From the NCBI RefSeq assembly GCF_004010195.1, contig NW_025215212.1, positions 1 through 64,000 of the forward strand: a DNA stretch of 64,000 bases, given 5' to 3'. Origin of the DNA: Chiloscyllium plagiosum. Lineage: Eukaryota. The position numbers and the translations under genes are program-made. Shown piece after piece: positions 12,985 to 25,999 of this stretch (the stretch's first letter is position 1; every line of letters begins with the position of its first letter). A model generated the notes under the pieces. It saw only the letters and a program-made list of their open reading frames with translations, had not been told where the DNA came from and did not search any database.

Positions 12985-13285
12985 TGTTGTGGTTCTGTTC
13001 GCCGAGCTGGAAGTTTTTGTTCCAAACGTTTTGTCCCCTGTCTAGGTGACATCCTCAGTGCTTGGGAGCCTCCTGTGAAGCGCTTCTGTGGTGTTTCCTC
13101 TGGCATTTATAGTGGCCTGTCCCTGCCGTTTCCGGTTGTCAGTTTCAGCTGTCCGCTGTAGTGGCCGGTATATTGGGTCCAGGTCGATGTGTTTGTTGAT
13201 GGAGTTTGTGGATGAGTGCCATGCCTCTAGGAATTCCCTGGCTGTTCTTTGTTTGGCTTGCCCTATAATGGTAGTGTTGTCCCAT
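12985..13285 (-). mobile_element. Penelope-like element 3' fragment (same subfamily as 62955-63500)
   Basis: Reverse strand encodes QAKQRTAREFLEAWHSSTNSINKHIDLDPIY; its terminal sequence matches 63415-63497. Confidence 0.8.
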
Positions 13286-13949
13286 TAATCTTCACCCAAA
13301 CTTTGAATCTCTCTGATTCTTTGATCCTCTGGGTGCTCAGGTCAAAGTTCCTGTGTCAGGTACCACTTGGCCTAAATTTACTACCAACATCTCTCTCGAA
13401 TGAGAGAACAGCCCTGGGGTCCACTGGAACAATGGTGACTTCACCTTTTCCATTCAAAATTAAAACAGAGCCTTCACATTTGAAGCTCAGACTGAAGCCC
13501 AATCTGCTTGCTAACATTAATAACTGTCCTCAGTTGGTTCCTGTCCTTCCCCCAGTTGATAACTCATGGGATTCTCCAGCACCTCTCAACATAAAAGTAT
13601 AATTTATTCCATTCTTCCTAATTTAATTTGTAACCGAAAGTCAGGTCAATCAGCAGAACTCTGAGCAGCTGTTTAATCCAATAAGCTCCACACGGTTCAT
13701 GTAATTCTGGTCAATTAGCTCTGATCAAATGTTCTCAAATCTCATGTACATAATTCTGAAAAGAATATGGAAATGCCTAGGCAGAGGATGAGAAAGAAAG
13801 AAAGAACTCATTCACAGTACAGTTCCCAATGATGTGCCGTCTTTTTATAGATTCTTGGGCGGAACACCACTGCCCCAGTGAGAAATAGTTGGGATTCAGC
13901 CCTATACATTAGCTCACATGGCACCGCAGATTAGGATTGCTGAGGGAGA

Positions 13950-16900
13950 AAGGGACTGGGTGACCGAAAGGCAGGGGAAGAGCAGGAAGGCAGTGCAGGT
14001 GTCCCCTGCAGTCATCTCCCTCCAAAACAGGTATACCGTTTTGGATATTGTTGGGGGAAGATGGCTCACCAGGGGAAGGCAGCTGTAGCCAAGTTCATGG
14101 CTGTACAGAAGGGCGGGAAAAAGAGTGGAAGGGCTATAGTCATAAGGGGTTCAATTGTAAGGGAAGTAGGTAGGCGGTTCTGTGGTCGAGAACAAGACTC
14201 CTGAATGGTATGTTGTCTCCCAGGTGCATGAGTCAGATTTGTCTCAGATTGGCTGCAGGACATTCTGAAGGGGGAGAGTGAACAGTCAGCTGTCGTGGTG
14301 CATACAGGCACCAATGATGTGGGTAACAAACAGGATGAGGTCCTACAAGCAGAATTTAGGGAGTTAGGAGCCAAGTTAAAAAGTAGCACCTCAGAGGTAG
14401 TGATCTCAGGGTTGCTACCAGTGCCACGCGCTAGTCAGAGTAGAAATGAAAGAATAGGCAGGATGAATGCATGGCTTGAGAACTGGTGCAGGAGGGAGGG
14501 ATTCAGATTTTTGGGACATTGGGACCGGTTCTGGTGGAGGTGGGATTATTACAAATTGGATGGTCTACACCTGGGTCAGACTGGAACCAATGTTCTAGCA
14601 GGGGCTTTTGCTAACGCGGTTGGGGTGGGTTTAAACTAATGTGGCAGGGGGATAGGAAGCAAATGAGGAGGTTCGTGAACAGTAAAGCCTGGAAGGAACT
14701 AGATAATGAAGTCAGTGTAACTAAAGGGAAGAGCAGGCAGGGAGCAGATGATGAACACAAAGGGACAGGTGGTCTGAGGTGCATTTGTTTTAATGTGAGA
14801 AGTGTGGTAGGTAACGCAAATGAACTTAGGATTGGATTAGTACCTGGGAGTATGATGTTATTGCTATTATTGAGACTTGGTTGAGGGAAGGGCATGAGTG
14901 GCAACTAAATATCCCAGAATATCGATGCTTCAGGCGGGTTAGAGAGGGAGGTAAAAGGTGTGGAGGAGTTACATCACTGGTCAGAGAGGATATCACAGCT
15001 GTGCTGAAGGAGGGCACTACGGAGGACTCGAACAGTGAGGCAATATGGCAGAGTTCAGAAATAGGAAGGGTACAGTAACAATTTTGGGGCTGTCCTACTG
15101 GCCTCCCAACAGCGAGCGTGAGGTAGAGGTACAAATACATTACCAGATTATTGAAAGATATAGGAGCAACAGGGTGGTGGTGATGGGAGATTTTAATTTT
15201 TCAACACTGACTGGGATTCTCTTTGTGTTAGAAATCCACATGGAGCAGAATTTGTAAGGAGCATCCAGGAGGTTTTACAGAGCAGTATATAAATATTCCA
15301 ACTCGGGAAGGGGTCATACTGGACCTGGTGTTGGGGAATGAGCCCGGCCAGGTAGGTGAAGTTTCAGTAGGGGATTACTTTGGGAATAGTGATCACACTT
15401 CCATAAGTTTTAGAATACTCACGGACAAAGATGAAAATGGTCCTAAAGGAAGAGTGCTAAACTGGGGGAAGGCCAACTATAGCAACATTGGCCAGGAGCT
15501 GGGGAATGTAGATTGGGAGTAGCTGTTTGAAGGGAAATTCACATTTGATATGTGGGAGGCTTTTAAAGAGAGGTTGATTAGAATGCAGGACAGACATGTC
15601 CCTGTGGAAATGAGGGATTGAAATGGCAAGATTAGGGAACCATAGATGACAGGTGAAATTGTGAGACTAGCTAAGAGGAAAAAAGAAGCATACTTAAGGT
15701 CTAGGTAACTGAAGACAAGACAAAGCTTTGGAAGAATATCGGGAAGGTAGGACCAATTCGAAATGAGGAATTAAGAGGGATAAAAGGGGTCAGGAGATAT
15801 CCTTAGCAAACAGGGTCAAGGAAAATCCCAACGTCTTTTATTCATATATAAGGAGCAAGTGGGTAACTGGAGAAAGGGTTGGCCCGCTCAAGGACAAAGG
15901 AGGAAAGTTATGGGTGGAGTCAGAGAAAATGGGTGAGATTCTTATTGAGTATTTTGCATCAGTATTCACCGAGGAGAGGGGCATGACGGATACTGAGGGT
16001 AGAGATGGATCTTTGATTATTCTGGGTCAAGTCGGCATAAGGAGGGAGGAAGTGTTGGGTATTCTAAAAGGCATTAAGGTGGACAAGTTCCCAGGTCCGG
16101 ATGGGATCTATCCCAGGTTACTGAGGGGAGCGAGAGAGGAAATAGCTGGCACTTTAACTGATATCTTTGCAGCATCCTTGAACACAGGAGAGGTTCCAGA
16201 GGACTGGAGGATTGCTAATGTTGTCCCCTTGTTTAAGAAGGGTAGCAGGGATAATCCAGGTAATTATAGAGTGGTGAGCCTGACGTCAATAGTAGGGAAG
16301 CTGTTGGAGAAGATACTGAGGGATAGGATCTATTTACATTTGGAATAAAATGGGCTTATCAATGATAGACAACATGACTTTGTTCAGGGAAAGTCATGTC
16401 TTACCAACTTAATAGAATTCTTTGAGGAAATGACAAAGTTGATTGATGAGGGAAGGGCTGTAGATGTTATATATGTGGACTTTAGTAAGGCATTTGATAA
16501 GGTTCTCCATGGTAAGCTGATGGAGAAAGTGAAGTCTCTTGGGGTCCAGGGTGTACTAACCAGCTGGATAGAGAACTGGCTGGGGAACAGGTGACAGCAG
16601 TGGTGGAAGGGAGCTTCTCAAAATGGAGATCGGAGACCAGTGGTGTCCCACAGGGATCCATGCTGGGACCACAGTTGTTTGTAATATACATAAATGATTT
16701 GTAGAAAGGTATCGGTGGTCTGATTAGCAAGTTTGCAGATGACACTAAGATTGGTGGAGTAGCGGATAGTGAATAGGACTGTCAGAGAATACAGCAGAAT
16801 ATAGATAGATTGGAGAGTTGGGCAGAGAATCAGCAGATGGAGTTCAATCCGGACAAATGTGAGGTGATGCATTTTGGAAGATCCAATTCAAGAGCAAACT

Positions 16901-16970
16901 ATACAGTAAATGAAAAGGCCCTGTGGAAAATTGATGCACAGAGAGATCTGGGTGTTCGGGTCTATTGTTC
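13950..16970 (+). mobile_element. CR1 LINE with ORF1 (SGNH-esterase-like) and ORF2 (APE endonuclease plus RT), 3'-truncated and inactivated
   Basis: VHTGTNDVG...DGLHLGQTG (esterase); VVVMGDFNF and GNSDH (APE); KFPGPDGIYPRLL...ANVVPLFKKGSRDNPGNYRVVSLTS; SGVPQGS; KFADDTKIG; FNPDKCEVMHFG; scattered stops and frameshifts. Confidence 0.93.
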
Positions 16971-17399
16971 CAGTGCTGAAGCGTTCTTTGTTCTTTGTTC
17001 TATACCATAGAAGAGACCAACATCTTGAAGTTTATGAAGAACACTTTACAATGCTATGATATCACAGACATGGACATAGTCTGGCGTTACTGCTTACTGA
17101 TGCTACTCTCCATAACATACACAGTGATTCACAACACTGACTTCATTATACTGAGAGAGTGACTGTAGGTGAGGTGTGATATGCATACCCTTATACTGGA
17201 ATGTCACATGTTGTGATGCCATAATCAATAACAGGTTTAGGAGACATGTGACACAACCCCAGATTAGGCCTAAGCAAACTATCGCAACTGTTCAATTTTA
17301 CTATGATGTGTGGTCTGTCATCACAGATCGATGTGTACCATTTATCTTTGCTGTGTGGTTGTTGTCCACCACGATATCTTCAGTATCCCAGTCAGCATT

Positions 17400-18480
17400 C
17401 TGTGTTGATGTGGGGTCGAAGGTATGGGCCTCACATAGGTACTTATTTCTTTGCAGGATTTAATCATTGCTCATTCGAACACTATATGCTCCAGGCTGGA
17501 CAGAGCAATGTATCTGGACATGGATCCATGCACTGATCAAAGTCATGAACTGATTCCTCATTCAGGTTGGGATAGCTGTGTATGTACTCGTTGGCCAAGC
17601 TCTTGTACCATTCTCTTTCTTTCCAACAAGGTATTATCATTAGATGAGGAGGGTGTGGGAGAGAAGAACTGCGTAGCTCTGGCTGCTGCTGAGGGGAAGC
17701 AGTTTTCTTGGGAAATAGCAAGTTTTAACATCGCTATTTGAATATCTTGGCGCATCATTTTACATTTAGCTATCATGAATATTAACGCATGACCTGTGAG
17801 ACTATGAGATTGTTAGGAACTGAGGAGAAGTAGCAATATGCAGAATGTTCCTGCACATCTTGGAGGGGTGTACCAAGGACTGTTGGCAGACAATCTTTTG
17901 AGGACTCGGAACATAAAGAACATGGTGGTCAATGTGTTGAGAACTGATTCACTGGTGGGCTTTTAGATTTGTCTCATAACATGGAACTTGGTGATGTAGT
18001 CAGTCCCCAGATTACAATGTGTTCTTGAACATAGAAAATCGAGTGTGACCTCTCACCATAGCTCAGGAATATGGAACACGGATCCCCATCTGGTTGGTGG
18101 AGTTGACCGTGTTCACATGAGTCCATTAGTTCATCAATGTCGTTATTTGGGTGGAATTCATGCACTAATCTCTTGTACTTTTCTGTGCCATGTACCGCAT
18201 GCCCGTCTTGACATGACCTTGTGCAATTACCACTTGCTTGCCTCTGAAAGTTTCTTTCCTAGCTGCAGTCCCCATTCACGTTGGAATGACCAGGCAGAAA
18301 CTGGGAGTTCTGGGACCTGTCGAATATTTTCGGGCTCTCTGTCGATGCTGGCGACCTTTGAGCTGGATCTGCAGTTGTAGCTTGCTGAATCGGCTCTGCT
18401 CGGCTGTGACCAAAGATGACTATGAAGACTATCTTCCAATTCCGGTTCAACAATAGCCATTTACCAGTCTAAAGGAACAT
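17400..18480 (-). mobile_element. Gypsy/Ty3 LTR retrotransposon pol (integrase) remnant
   Basis: Reverse strand gives DIDELMDSCEHGQLHQP (HHCC-like zinc finger end) then TDYITKFHVMRQI*KPTSESVLNTLTTMFFMF (integrase core start); heavily decayed, boundaries uncertain. Confidence 0.6.
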
Positions 18481-18727
18481 TTTTTATTCTTACTAGACGT
18501 GGGAATTGGCTAAGAGGATCAGCAGTAGTCTTTTCAGAAAGTGGTTTGGATTGAAGTTCTGAATCATATCCTTAGATCTTTATAAATATCTGTTGGAGTC
18601 ATGAAAGTACGCTCAAGAGACAGTCAGCAGAACCCTTTTCATGGTTTCTGGTAATATGAAATGTTTGTTGAATAGATATATATTAAACTTATATCCAAAA
18701 ACTACAGCAACACTCCCTTTCTCTTTC

Positions 18728-19227
18728 NNNNNNNNNNNNNNNNNNNNNNNNNNNNNNNNNNNNNNNNNNNNNNNNNNNNNNNNNNNNNNNNNNNNNNNNN
18801 NNNNNNNNNNNNNNNNNNNNNNNNNNNNNNNNNNNNNNNNNNNNNNNNNNNNNNNNNNNNNNNNNNNNNNNNNNNNNNNNNNNNNNNNNNNNNNNNNNNN
18901 NNNNNNNNNNNNNNNNNNNNNNNNNNNNNNNNNNNNNNNNNNNNNNNNNNNNNNNNNNNNNNNNNNNNNNNNNNNNNNNNNNNNNNNNNNNNNNNNNNNN
19001 NNNNNNNNNNNNNNNNNNNNNNNNNNNNNNNNNNNNNNNNNNNNNNNNNNNNNNNNNNNNNNNNNNNNNNNNNNNNNNNNNNNNNNNNNNNNNNNNNNNN
19101 NNNNNNNNNNNNNNNNNNNNNNNNNNNNNNNNNNNNNNNNNNNNNNNNNNNNNNNNNNNNNNNNNNNNNNNNNNNNNNNNNNNNNNNNNNNNNNNNNNNN
19201 NNNNNNNNNNNNNNNNNNNNNNNNNNN
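18728..19227. other. Assembly gap (exactly 500 N)
   Basis: N run; the round size suggests an arbitrary scaffolding gap. Confidence 1.
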
Positions 19228-21760
19228 AGCTCACTTAGAATCAATATACTGTCCACTGTGTGTCAGACTGCGCACTAACAGTCAATATACTGTCAGATCT
19301 GGGTCAGACAGCTCACTTACAGTCAATATACTGTCCACTGTGGGTCAGACAGCTCACTCACAGTCAATATACTGTCCACTGTGGGACCGACAGCTCACTC
19401 AGAGTCAATATACTGTCCACTGTGGGTCAGACAGCGCACTCACAGTCAATATACTGTCCACTGCAGGTCAAACAGCTCACTTACAGTCAATATACTGTCC
19501 ACTTGGGTCAGACAGCTCACACTCAGTCAATATACTGTCCACTGTGAGTCAGACAGCTCACTCACAGTCAATATACTGTCCACTGTGTGTCAGACAGCAC
19601 ACTCACAGTCAATATGCTGTCCACTGTGGGTCAGACAGCGCACTTACAATCAATATACTGTCCACTGTGGGTCAGACAGCTCACTCACAGTCAATATACT
19701 GTCCACTGTGGGTTAGACAGCTCACTTACAGTCAATATACTGTCCAGTGTGGGTCAGACAGCTCACTTACAGTCAATATACTGTCCACTGTGGGTCAGAC
19801 AGCTCACTCACAGTCAATATACTGTCCACTGTCGGTTAGACAGCGCACTAACAGTCAATATACTGTCAGCTCTGGGTCAGACAGCGCACTCACAGTCAAT
19901 ATACTGTCCACTGTGGGTTAGACAGTGCACTAACAGTCAATATACTGTCAGCTCTGGGTCAGACAGCTCACTCACAGTCAATATGCTGTCCACTGTGGGT
20001 TAGACAGCTCACTCACAGTCAATATACTGTCCACTGTGGGTTAGATAGCGCACTCACAGTCAATATACTGTCAGCTCTGGGTCAGACAGCTCACTTACGG
20101 TCAATATACTGTCCACTGTTGGTCAGACAGCTCAATTACAGTCAATATTCTGTCCACTGTGGGTCAGACAGCTCAATTACAGTCAATATACTGTCCACTG
20201 TGGGTCAGACAGCTCACTCACAGTCAATATACTGTCCACTGTGGGTCAGACAGCTCACACTCAGTCAATATACTGTTCACTGCAGGTCAGACAGCTCACT
20301 TAGAATCAATATACTGTCCACTGCAGGTCAGACACTGCACTTGCAGTCAATATACTGTCCACTGTTGGTCAGACAGCTCACTCACAGTCAATATACTGTC
20401 CACTGTGGGTCAGACAGCTCACTCACAGTCAATATACTGTCCACTGTGGCTTAGACAGCACAAGAACAGTCAATATACTGTCAGCTCTGGGTCAGACAGC
20501 GCACTCACAGTCAATATACTGTCCACTGTGGGTTAGACAGCTCACTCACAGTCAATATAATGTCCGCTGTGGGTCAGACAGCGTACTCACAGTCAATATA
20601 CTGTCCACTGTGGGTCAGACAGCTCACTCACAGTCAATATACTGTCCATTGCAGGTCAGACAGCTCACTCACAGTCAATATACTGTCCACTGTGGGTCAG
20701 ACAGCTCACTTACAGTCAATATACTGTCCACTGTGGGTCAGACAAATCACTCACAGTCAATATACTGTCCACTGTGGGTCCGACAGCTCACTCACAGTCA
20801 ATATACTGTCCACTGTGGGTCAGACAGATCACTCACAGTCAATATACTGTCCACTGTGGGTCAGACACTGCAGTTACAGTCAATATACTGTCCACTGTGG
20901 GTCAGACAGCTCACTTAGAATCAATATACTGTCCACTGTGGGTCAGACAGCTCACTCACAGTCAATATACTGTCCACTGCGGGTCAAACAGCTCACTCAC
21001 AGTCAATATACTGTCCACTGTGGGTCAGACAGCTAACTCACAGTCAATATACTGTCCACTGTGGGTAAGACAGCTCACTCACAATCAATATATTGTCCAC
21101 TGTGGGTCAGACAGCTCAATTACAGTCAATATACTGTCAACTGTGGGTCAGACAGCTCACTTACGGTCAATATACTGTCCACTGCAGGTCAGACAGCTCA
21201 CTCACAGTCAATATACTGTCCACTGTGGGTCAGACAGCTCACTCTCAATCAATCTATTGTCCACTGTGGGTTAGACCAGACAGCTCACTTAGAATCAATA
21301 TACTGTCCACTGTGGGTCAGACAGCTCACTCACAGTCAATATACTGTCAGATCTGGGTCAGACAGCTCACTTACAGTCAATATACTGTCCACTGTGGGTC
21401 AGACAGCTCACTCACAGTCAATATACTGTCCACTGTGGATCAGACAGCTCACTCACAGTCAATATACTGTCCACTGTGGGTCAGACAGCACACTCACAGT
21501 CAATATACTGTCCACTGTGGGTCAGACAGCTCAATTACAGTCAATATACTGTCCACTGTGGGTCAGACACCGCACCTACAGTCAATATACTGTCCACTGT
21601 GGGTCAGACAGCTCACTCACAGTCAATATACTGTCCACTGTGGGTCAGACAGCTCACTCACAGTCAATATACTGTCCACTGTGGATCAGACAGCGCACTC
21701 ACAGTCAATATACTGTCCACGGTGGGTCAGACACTGCACTTACAGTCAATATACTGTCCA
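19228..21760 (+). repeat. 41-bp tandem satellite in GFAP intron 1
   Basis: About 60 copies of CAGTCAATATACTGTCCACTGTGGGTCAGACAGCTCACTCA; starts at the gap and ends against a partial SINE. Confidence 0.97.
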
Positions 21761-22199
21761 ATGCGGAGAATGTGTAAATGCCACACAGTAGCTCGAGGCT
21801 GGAATCGAACCTGGGTCCCTGGTGCTGTGAGGCAGCAGTGCTAACCACTCAGCCACCTTTGCAGTCCCTGCCGCAGCAGGATCTTTCTGTTAATAAAGGG
21901 ACAGCAAATTCAATTTCAGCAAATTGTTCACCTTGCAAGTGGCAAATTGCTGAATTATTCTTTATATATCATAATTTTTTTAAATGTACCTACTAATTTC
22001 TTGATCTTAGAAGGTTGTGCATTGATCTAACAGAATTGTGTTAAATGAACAAAGGGCTTCAGAACTGATGTTTGGCTGAGTGATAGGAAACAGAGTAATG
22101 GTCAGTGGATATTTTTCGGGCTGCAGGAAGGTTTGTAGTGGAGCTCCCCAGGGGTTGAGTAAACTTTCCTCTATTTCTAACCCCTTGCTGTACCTGTTT

Positions 22200-22502
22200 A
22201 GATTAGATTACTTCTTAAGTTTAGATTACTTACAGTGTGGAAACAGGCCCTTCGGCCCAACAAGTCCACACCGACCCGCAACCCCTACATTTTACCCCTT
22301 CACCTAACACTACGAGCAATTTAGCATGGCCAATTCACCTGACCTACACATTTTTGGACTGTGAGAGGAAACCGGAGCACCCGGAGGAAACCCACGCAGA
22401 CACGGGGAGAACGTGCAAACTCCACACAGACAGTCACCTGAGGCGGGAATTGAACCCGGGTCTCTGCCGCTGTGCGGCAACAGTGCTAACCACTGTGCCA
22501 CC
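22200..22502 (-). mobile_element. HE1-like SINE
   Basis: GATTAGATTA tail, then the reverse complement of the SINE body and tRNA head. Confidence 0.85.
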
Positions 22503-22974
22503 CCTATCACTGTTCTGGGAGTGACTGACCAAGTGCAAAAATTAAACCATGATCAAACATCTTTACCCTCCTTCAATTAAAGGGTGTTGGTTTGGGGACC
22601 CAGAGAGACTGTCTTTTTGTGCAGTCTGTGGATCATTCCTTGTTCCAATCAGATAAGCCACCTTCCCTGACATCTTTCCCAGTCCATCTGTGACTGTTTT
22701 GTCATTGCTCCGTGCTCCTGGTCGGAGTGAGACAGCATCATCAGTTCTGCTTCCGATATTCATCCTTCTCCCAACTTCAACTGACTCATCAGGAAGCAGG
22801 GCACCAAACCGACAATCACTTTGAATCTCCAGGGACCCTGAGGAAACATTAATATGGCTCGTGTAACCTTTCAGCATATCAGAAGCTTTCCCGATAAAGT
22901 GCAGCTTTTATGTGCAGTCCTTGTGCAGACAATGTCCCGCCTTCACATTGAGAATACTCTCCATTGTGTTGTGT

Positions 22975-25212
22975 GGCATTATTACCGTGCTAAATGGGAT
23001 AGACTTCAAACCAATCTGGCAGCTCAAGACTAGGCATCCATGAGGCACCGTGGGCCATCAACAGAAGCAGAGCTGTACTCCAGGACAACCTGTAACCTCA
23101 TGGCCCGGCATATCCCCCGCTCAACCATTTCCATCTAACCAGGGGATTCACCCTGGTTCAGTGAAGGAGGGCATGGCAGGAGCAGCATCAGGCATGACTG
23201 AAGATGAAGAGTCAGCCTGGGGAAGCCATAACACCGGACTACTTATATACAAAACAGCACAAGCAGCAAGTGATAGACAGAGATAAACAAACCCACAGCC
23301 AATGGATCAGATTAAGCTCTGCAGTCCTGCCAATTCTATCCATGAATGGTAGTGAACAATTTAGCAACTCACTGGAGGAGGAGGCTTGACAAATATGTGG
23401 AAGTGGGTATTGCAGGTGCTGAGATTAGAGTCAAGATTAGAGTGTTGCTGGAAAAGCACAGCAGGGCAGGCAGCATCAGAGGAGCAGGAAAATCAACGTT
23501 TCGGGCAAAACCCCTGGTCCTCGGATGCTGCCCTGCCCGACCTGCTGTGTTTTTCCAGCACCACTCTAATCTTGGCTCTACAAATATCCCCATCGTCAAT
23601 GATGGAAGAGCCCAGTGCATCAGTGCAAAAGATAAGGCTGAGGCTTTCCCAGCAATCTTCAGCCAGAAGTGCCGAATGAATGATCCATCTCAGCCTCCTC
23701 CAGTGGTCGCCAGCGTCACAGATACCAGGCTCCAGCCAATTTGATTCACTCCACAAAAATCCGGAAACAGCTGGAGGCGATCCCAGCAATTGTATTCAAG
23801 ATTTGTGCCCAGAAATTGCCACTCCCCAAGTCGAGGTGTTCCAGTACTGGTACAACACTGGCATTTACCCAGCTTTGTGGAAAGTGCCCCAGTATGTCCT
23901 GTACAGAATTAGGACAAATCCAACCCGACCCGCCCCATCAGTCTACTCTCCATCATCAGTGAAGTGATGGGAGGGCTCATCAACAGAGCTATCAAGGAGC
24001 ACCTGCTCAGCAATAACCTGCTCAGTGACACCCAGTTTGGGTTCCCCCAGGGCCACTCAGCTCCTGACCTCATTCCAGCCTTGGGTCAAACATGGACAAA
24101 AGATCTGAATTCCAGAGGGGAGGTGGGAATGACAGCCCTTGACATCAAACCCAGATTCAACCAATTGGAGCATCAAGGAGCCCCAGTAACACTGGAATCT
24201 ATGGGCTTTGGAGGACAGCTCTCCGCTGGTCAGAGTCATACCTGACACATTGGAGGATGGTTGTGGTTGTTGGAGGTCAGTCATCTCAGCTCCAGGACAT
24301 CTCTGCAGGAGTTCCTTGGGATAATGTCTTAGGCCCAACTATCCTCAGGTGCTACATAAATAACCATTGCACAATGTTCAGCTCCATTCTCGATTCCTCA
24401 GATATTGAAGCAGTCCATGTTCAAATGCAACAAGATCTGGACAATATCCAGGCTTGGGCTGACAAGTGGCAAGTAACATTCACACCACACAAATGCCAGG
24501 CAATGTCAACTCTAACAAGAGCTAACTTAATCACACCCCTTGTCATTCAGTGGTATTATAATCACTGAATCCCCCACGATCACCATCCTGGGGGGGCTAC
24601 CATATTGACCAGAAACTCAACTGGACTCTCCACATAAACACAGTGGCTACAAGAGCAGGTCAGAGGCTGGAAATCTGATGGCAAGTAACACACCACCTGA
24701 CTCCCCAAAGCCTGTCCACCATCTATAAGGCACACATCAGGGGTGTGATGGAATACTCCCCACTTGCCCTGGATGGGGGCAGCTCCAACAACACTCAAGA
24801 AGCTTGACACCATCCAGGACAAAGCAACCCGCTCGATTGGCAATACACCCACAAGCATCCACACTCTCCACCAACAATGCTCAGTAGCACCAGTGTATGC
24901 TATGTGCACACACTGCACTACACAAGATCATTAGACAGCACTTTCTAAACCATGAGCACTTGCATCTGGGGAAGAACACGGGCAGCACCAGGGAGCACCA
25001 CCACCTGCAAGTTCCCCTCTAAGCCACTCACCATCTTGACTTCAAAATATATCGCCATTCCTTCAGCGACACTGGGTCCAAATCCTGGAATTCCCTCTCC
25101 AAGGGCGTTGTGGGTCAACCCACAGCAGATGGACTTGAGCAGTTCAAGAAGGGCAACTGGGGATGAGCAGTAAATGCTAGCCAGCCAGCAACGCCCACAT
25201 CCCATGAGTTGA
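22975..25212 (+). mobile_element. CR1-clade LINE ORF2 remnant (second family) with a palindromic PLE-type insert at about 23395-23578
   Basis: SAKDKAEAF, HLLSNNLLSDTQFGFPQGHSAPDLI, ALDIK, QQDLDNIQAWADKWQVTFTPHKCQ; ends in a 3' UTR. Confidence 0.85.
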
Positions 25213-25999
25213 TACAAAAAGATTTCAGTTTAATTGCCTGCCCAGCACATGTTGAGGGGAAGAGAAAGGCAAAGACATTTTCAATGCAGTGATGTTGAGG
25301 ACAAGGGATTTGTTTTACTCTGAATAACATTACTGTAGGATGGAAGGATATTTATATTAATAGCACACCATCTCTAAAACTCATGGGCATCATTAACCCA
25401 ACTGCACAAGCTTCAGCACATGCAGGTACTTAATGTGAAAACTGGAGAGAGAGAGAGAAAGAGAGAACCCATTTTTATAGAACATGCTGCCCCAGGATAT
25501 TGAACATGCATTGGAATGAGGACCGATTTAATTTAATGGTTGATGAAAATTTTATGTAGGGAGAACTGAAGACTCTGGATAGGTAGCATGAAGGAAGGGG
25601 AAAGGTTGAGGCGATGGATTTATAAATAGCAGTGGAAGGCTGTCAAATAATTGAGGCAGTTGTTGAGTAAATTTAGTGACAGGAAACCTCCAAACCAGAC
25701 CATTTTTATATCCATTCCGGAAGTATTCCAATTTCGGAGCTACTGGAGATGAGGTTAAAAATTTGGTGACAAGAATGTTTGCTAATGTATTTCTTTACAC
25801 CTCTTACTGTCAACTTCATTGATTTGAAGAGAGCTTCCAACCGCAGGTGTTCTAGTACACCATGTAACCAAGTAACTAAAAATTGAATGGCAAGGCTCCA
25901 CCCATTCCCCATTCCTTTTCCTCTGGTTGCCACTTCATCAGGCAGAAGGTGATGGTGGGTGTCGATGTTGGTATCCCATGGCAACTACTAACAGTTGAC

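Noticed and set aside
13950..16970. Active autonomous LINE
   Set aside because: Multiple stops and frameshifts, and the 3' end is missing.
18641..19921. ORFs spanning N runs (also 48500-49447 and 63124-63492)
   Set aside because: Artefacts of assembly gaps.
19228..21760. CRISPR-like appearance of regular repeats
   Set aside because: Head-to-tail units without unique spacers, no cas genes, vertebrate context.
22563..22900. 104-aa minus-strand ORF and an AP-1 site (TGACTCA, 22782) in unique intronic DNA
   Set aside because: No recognisable domain, and a single 7-mer is expected by chance; needs conservation data.
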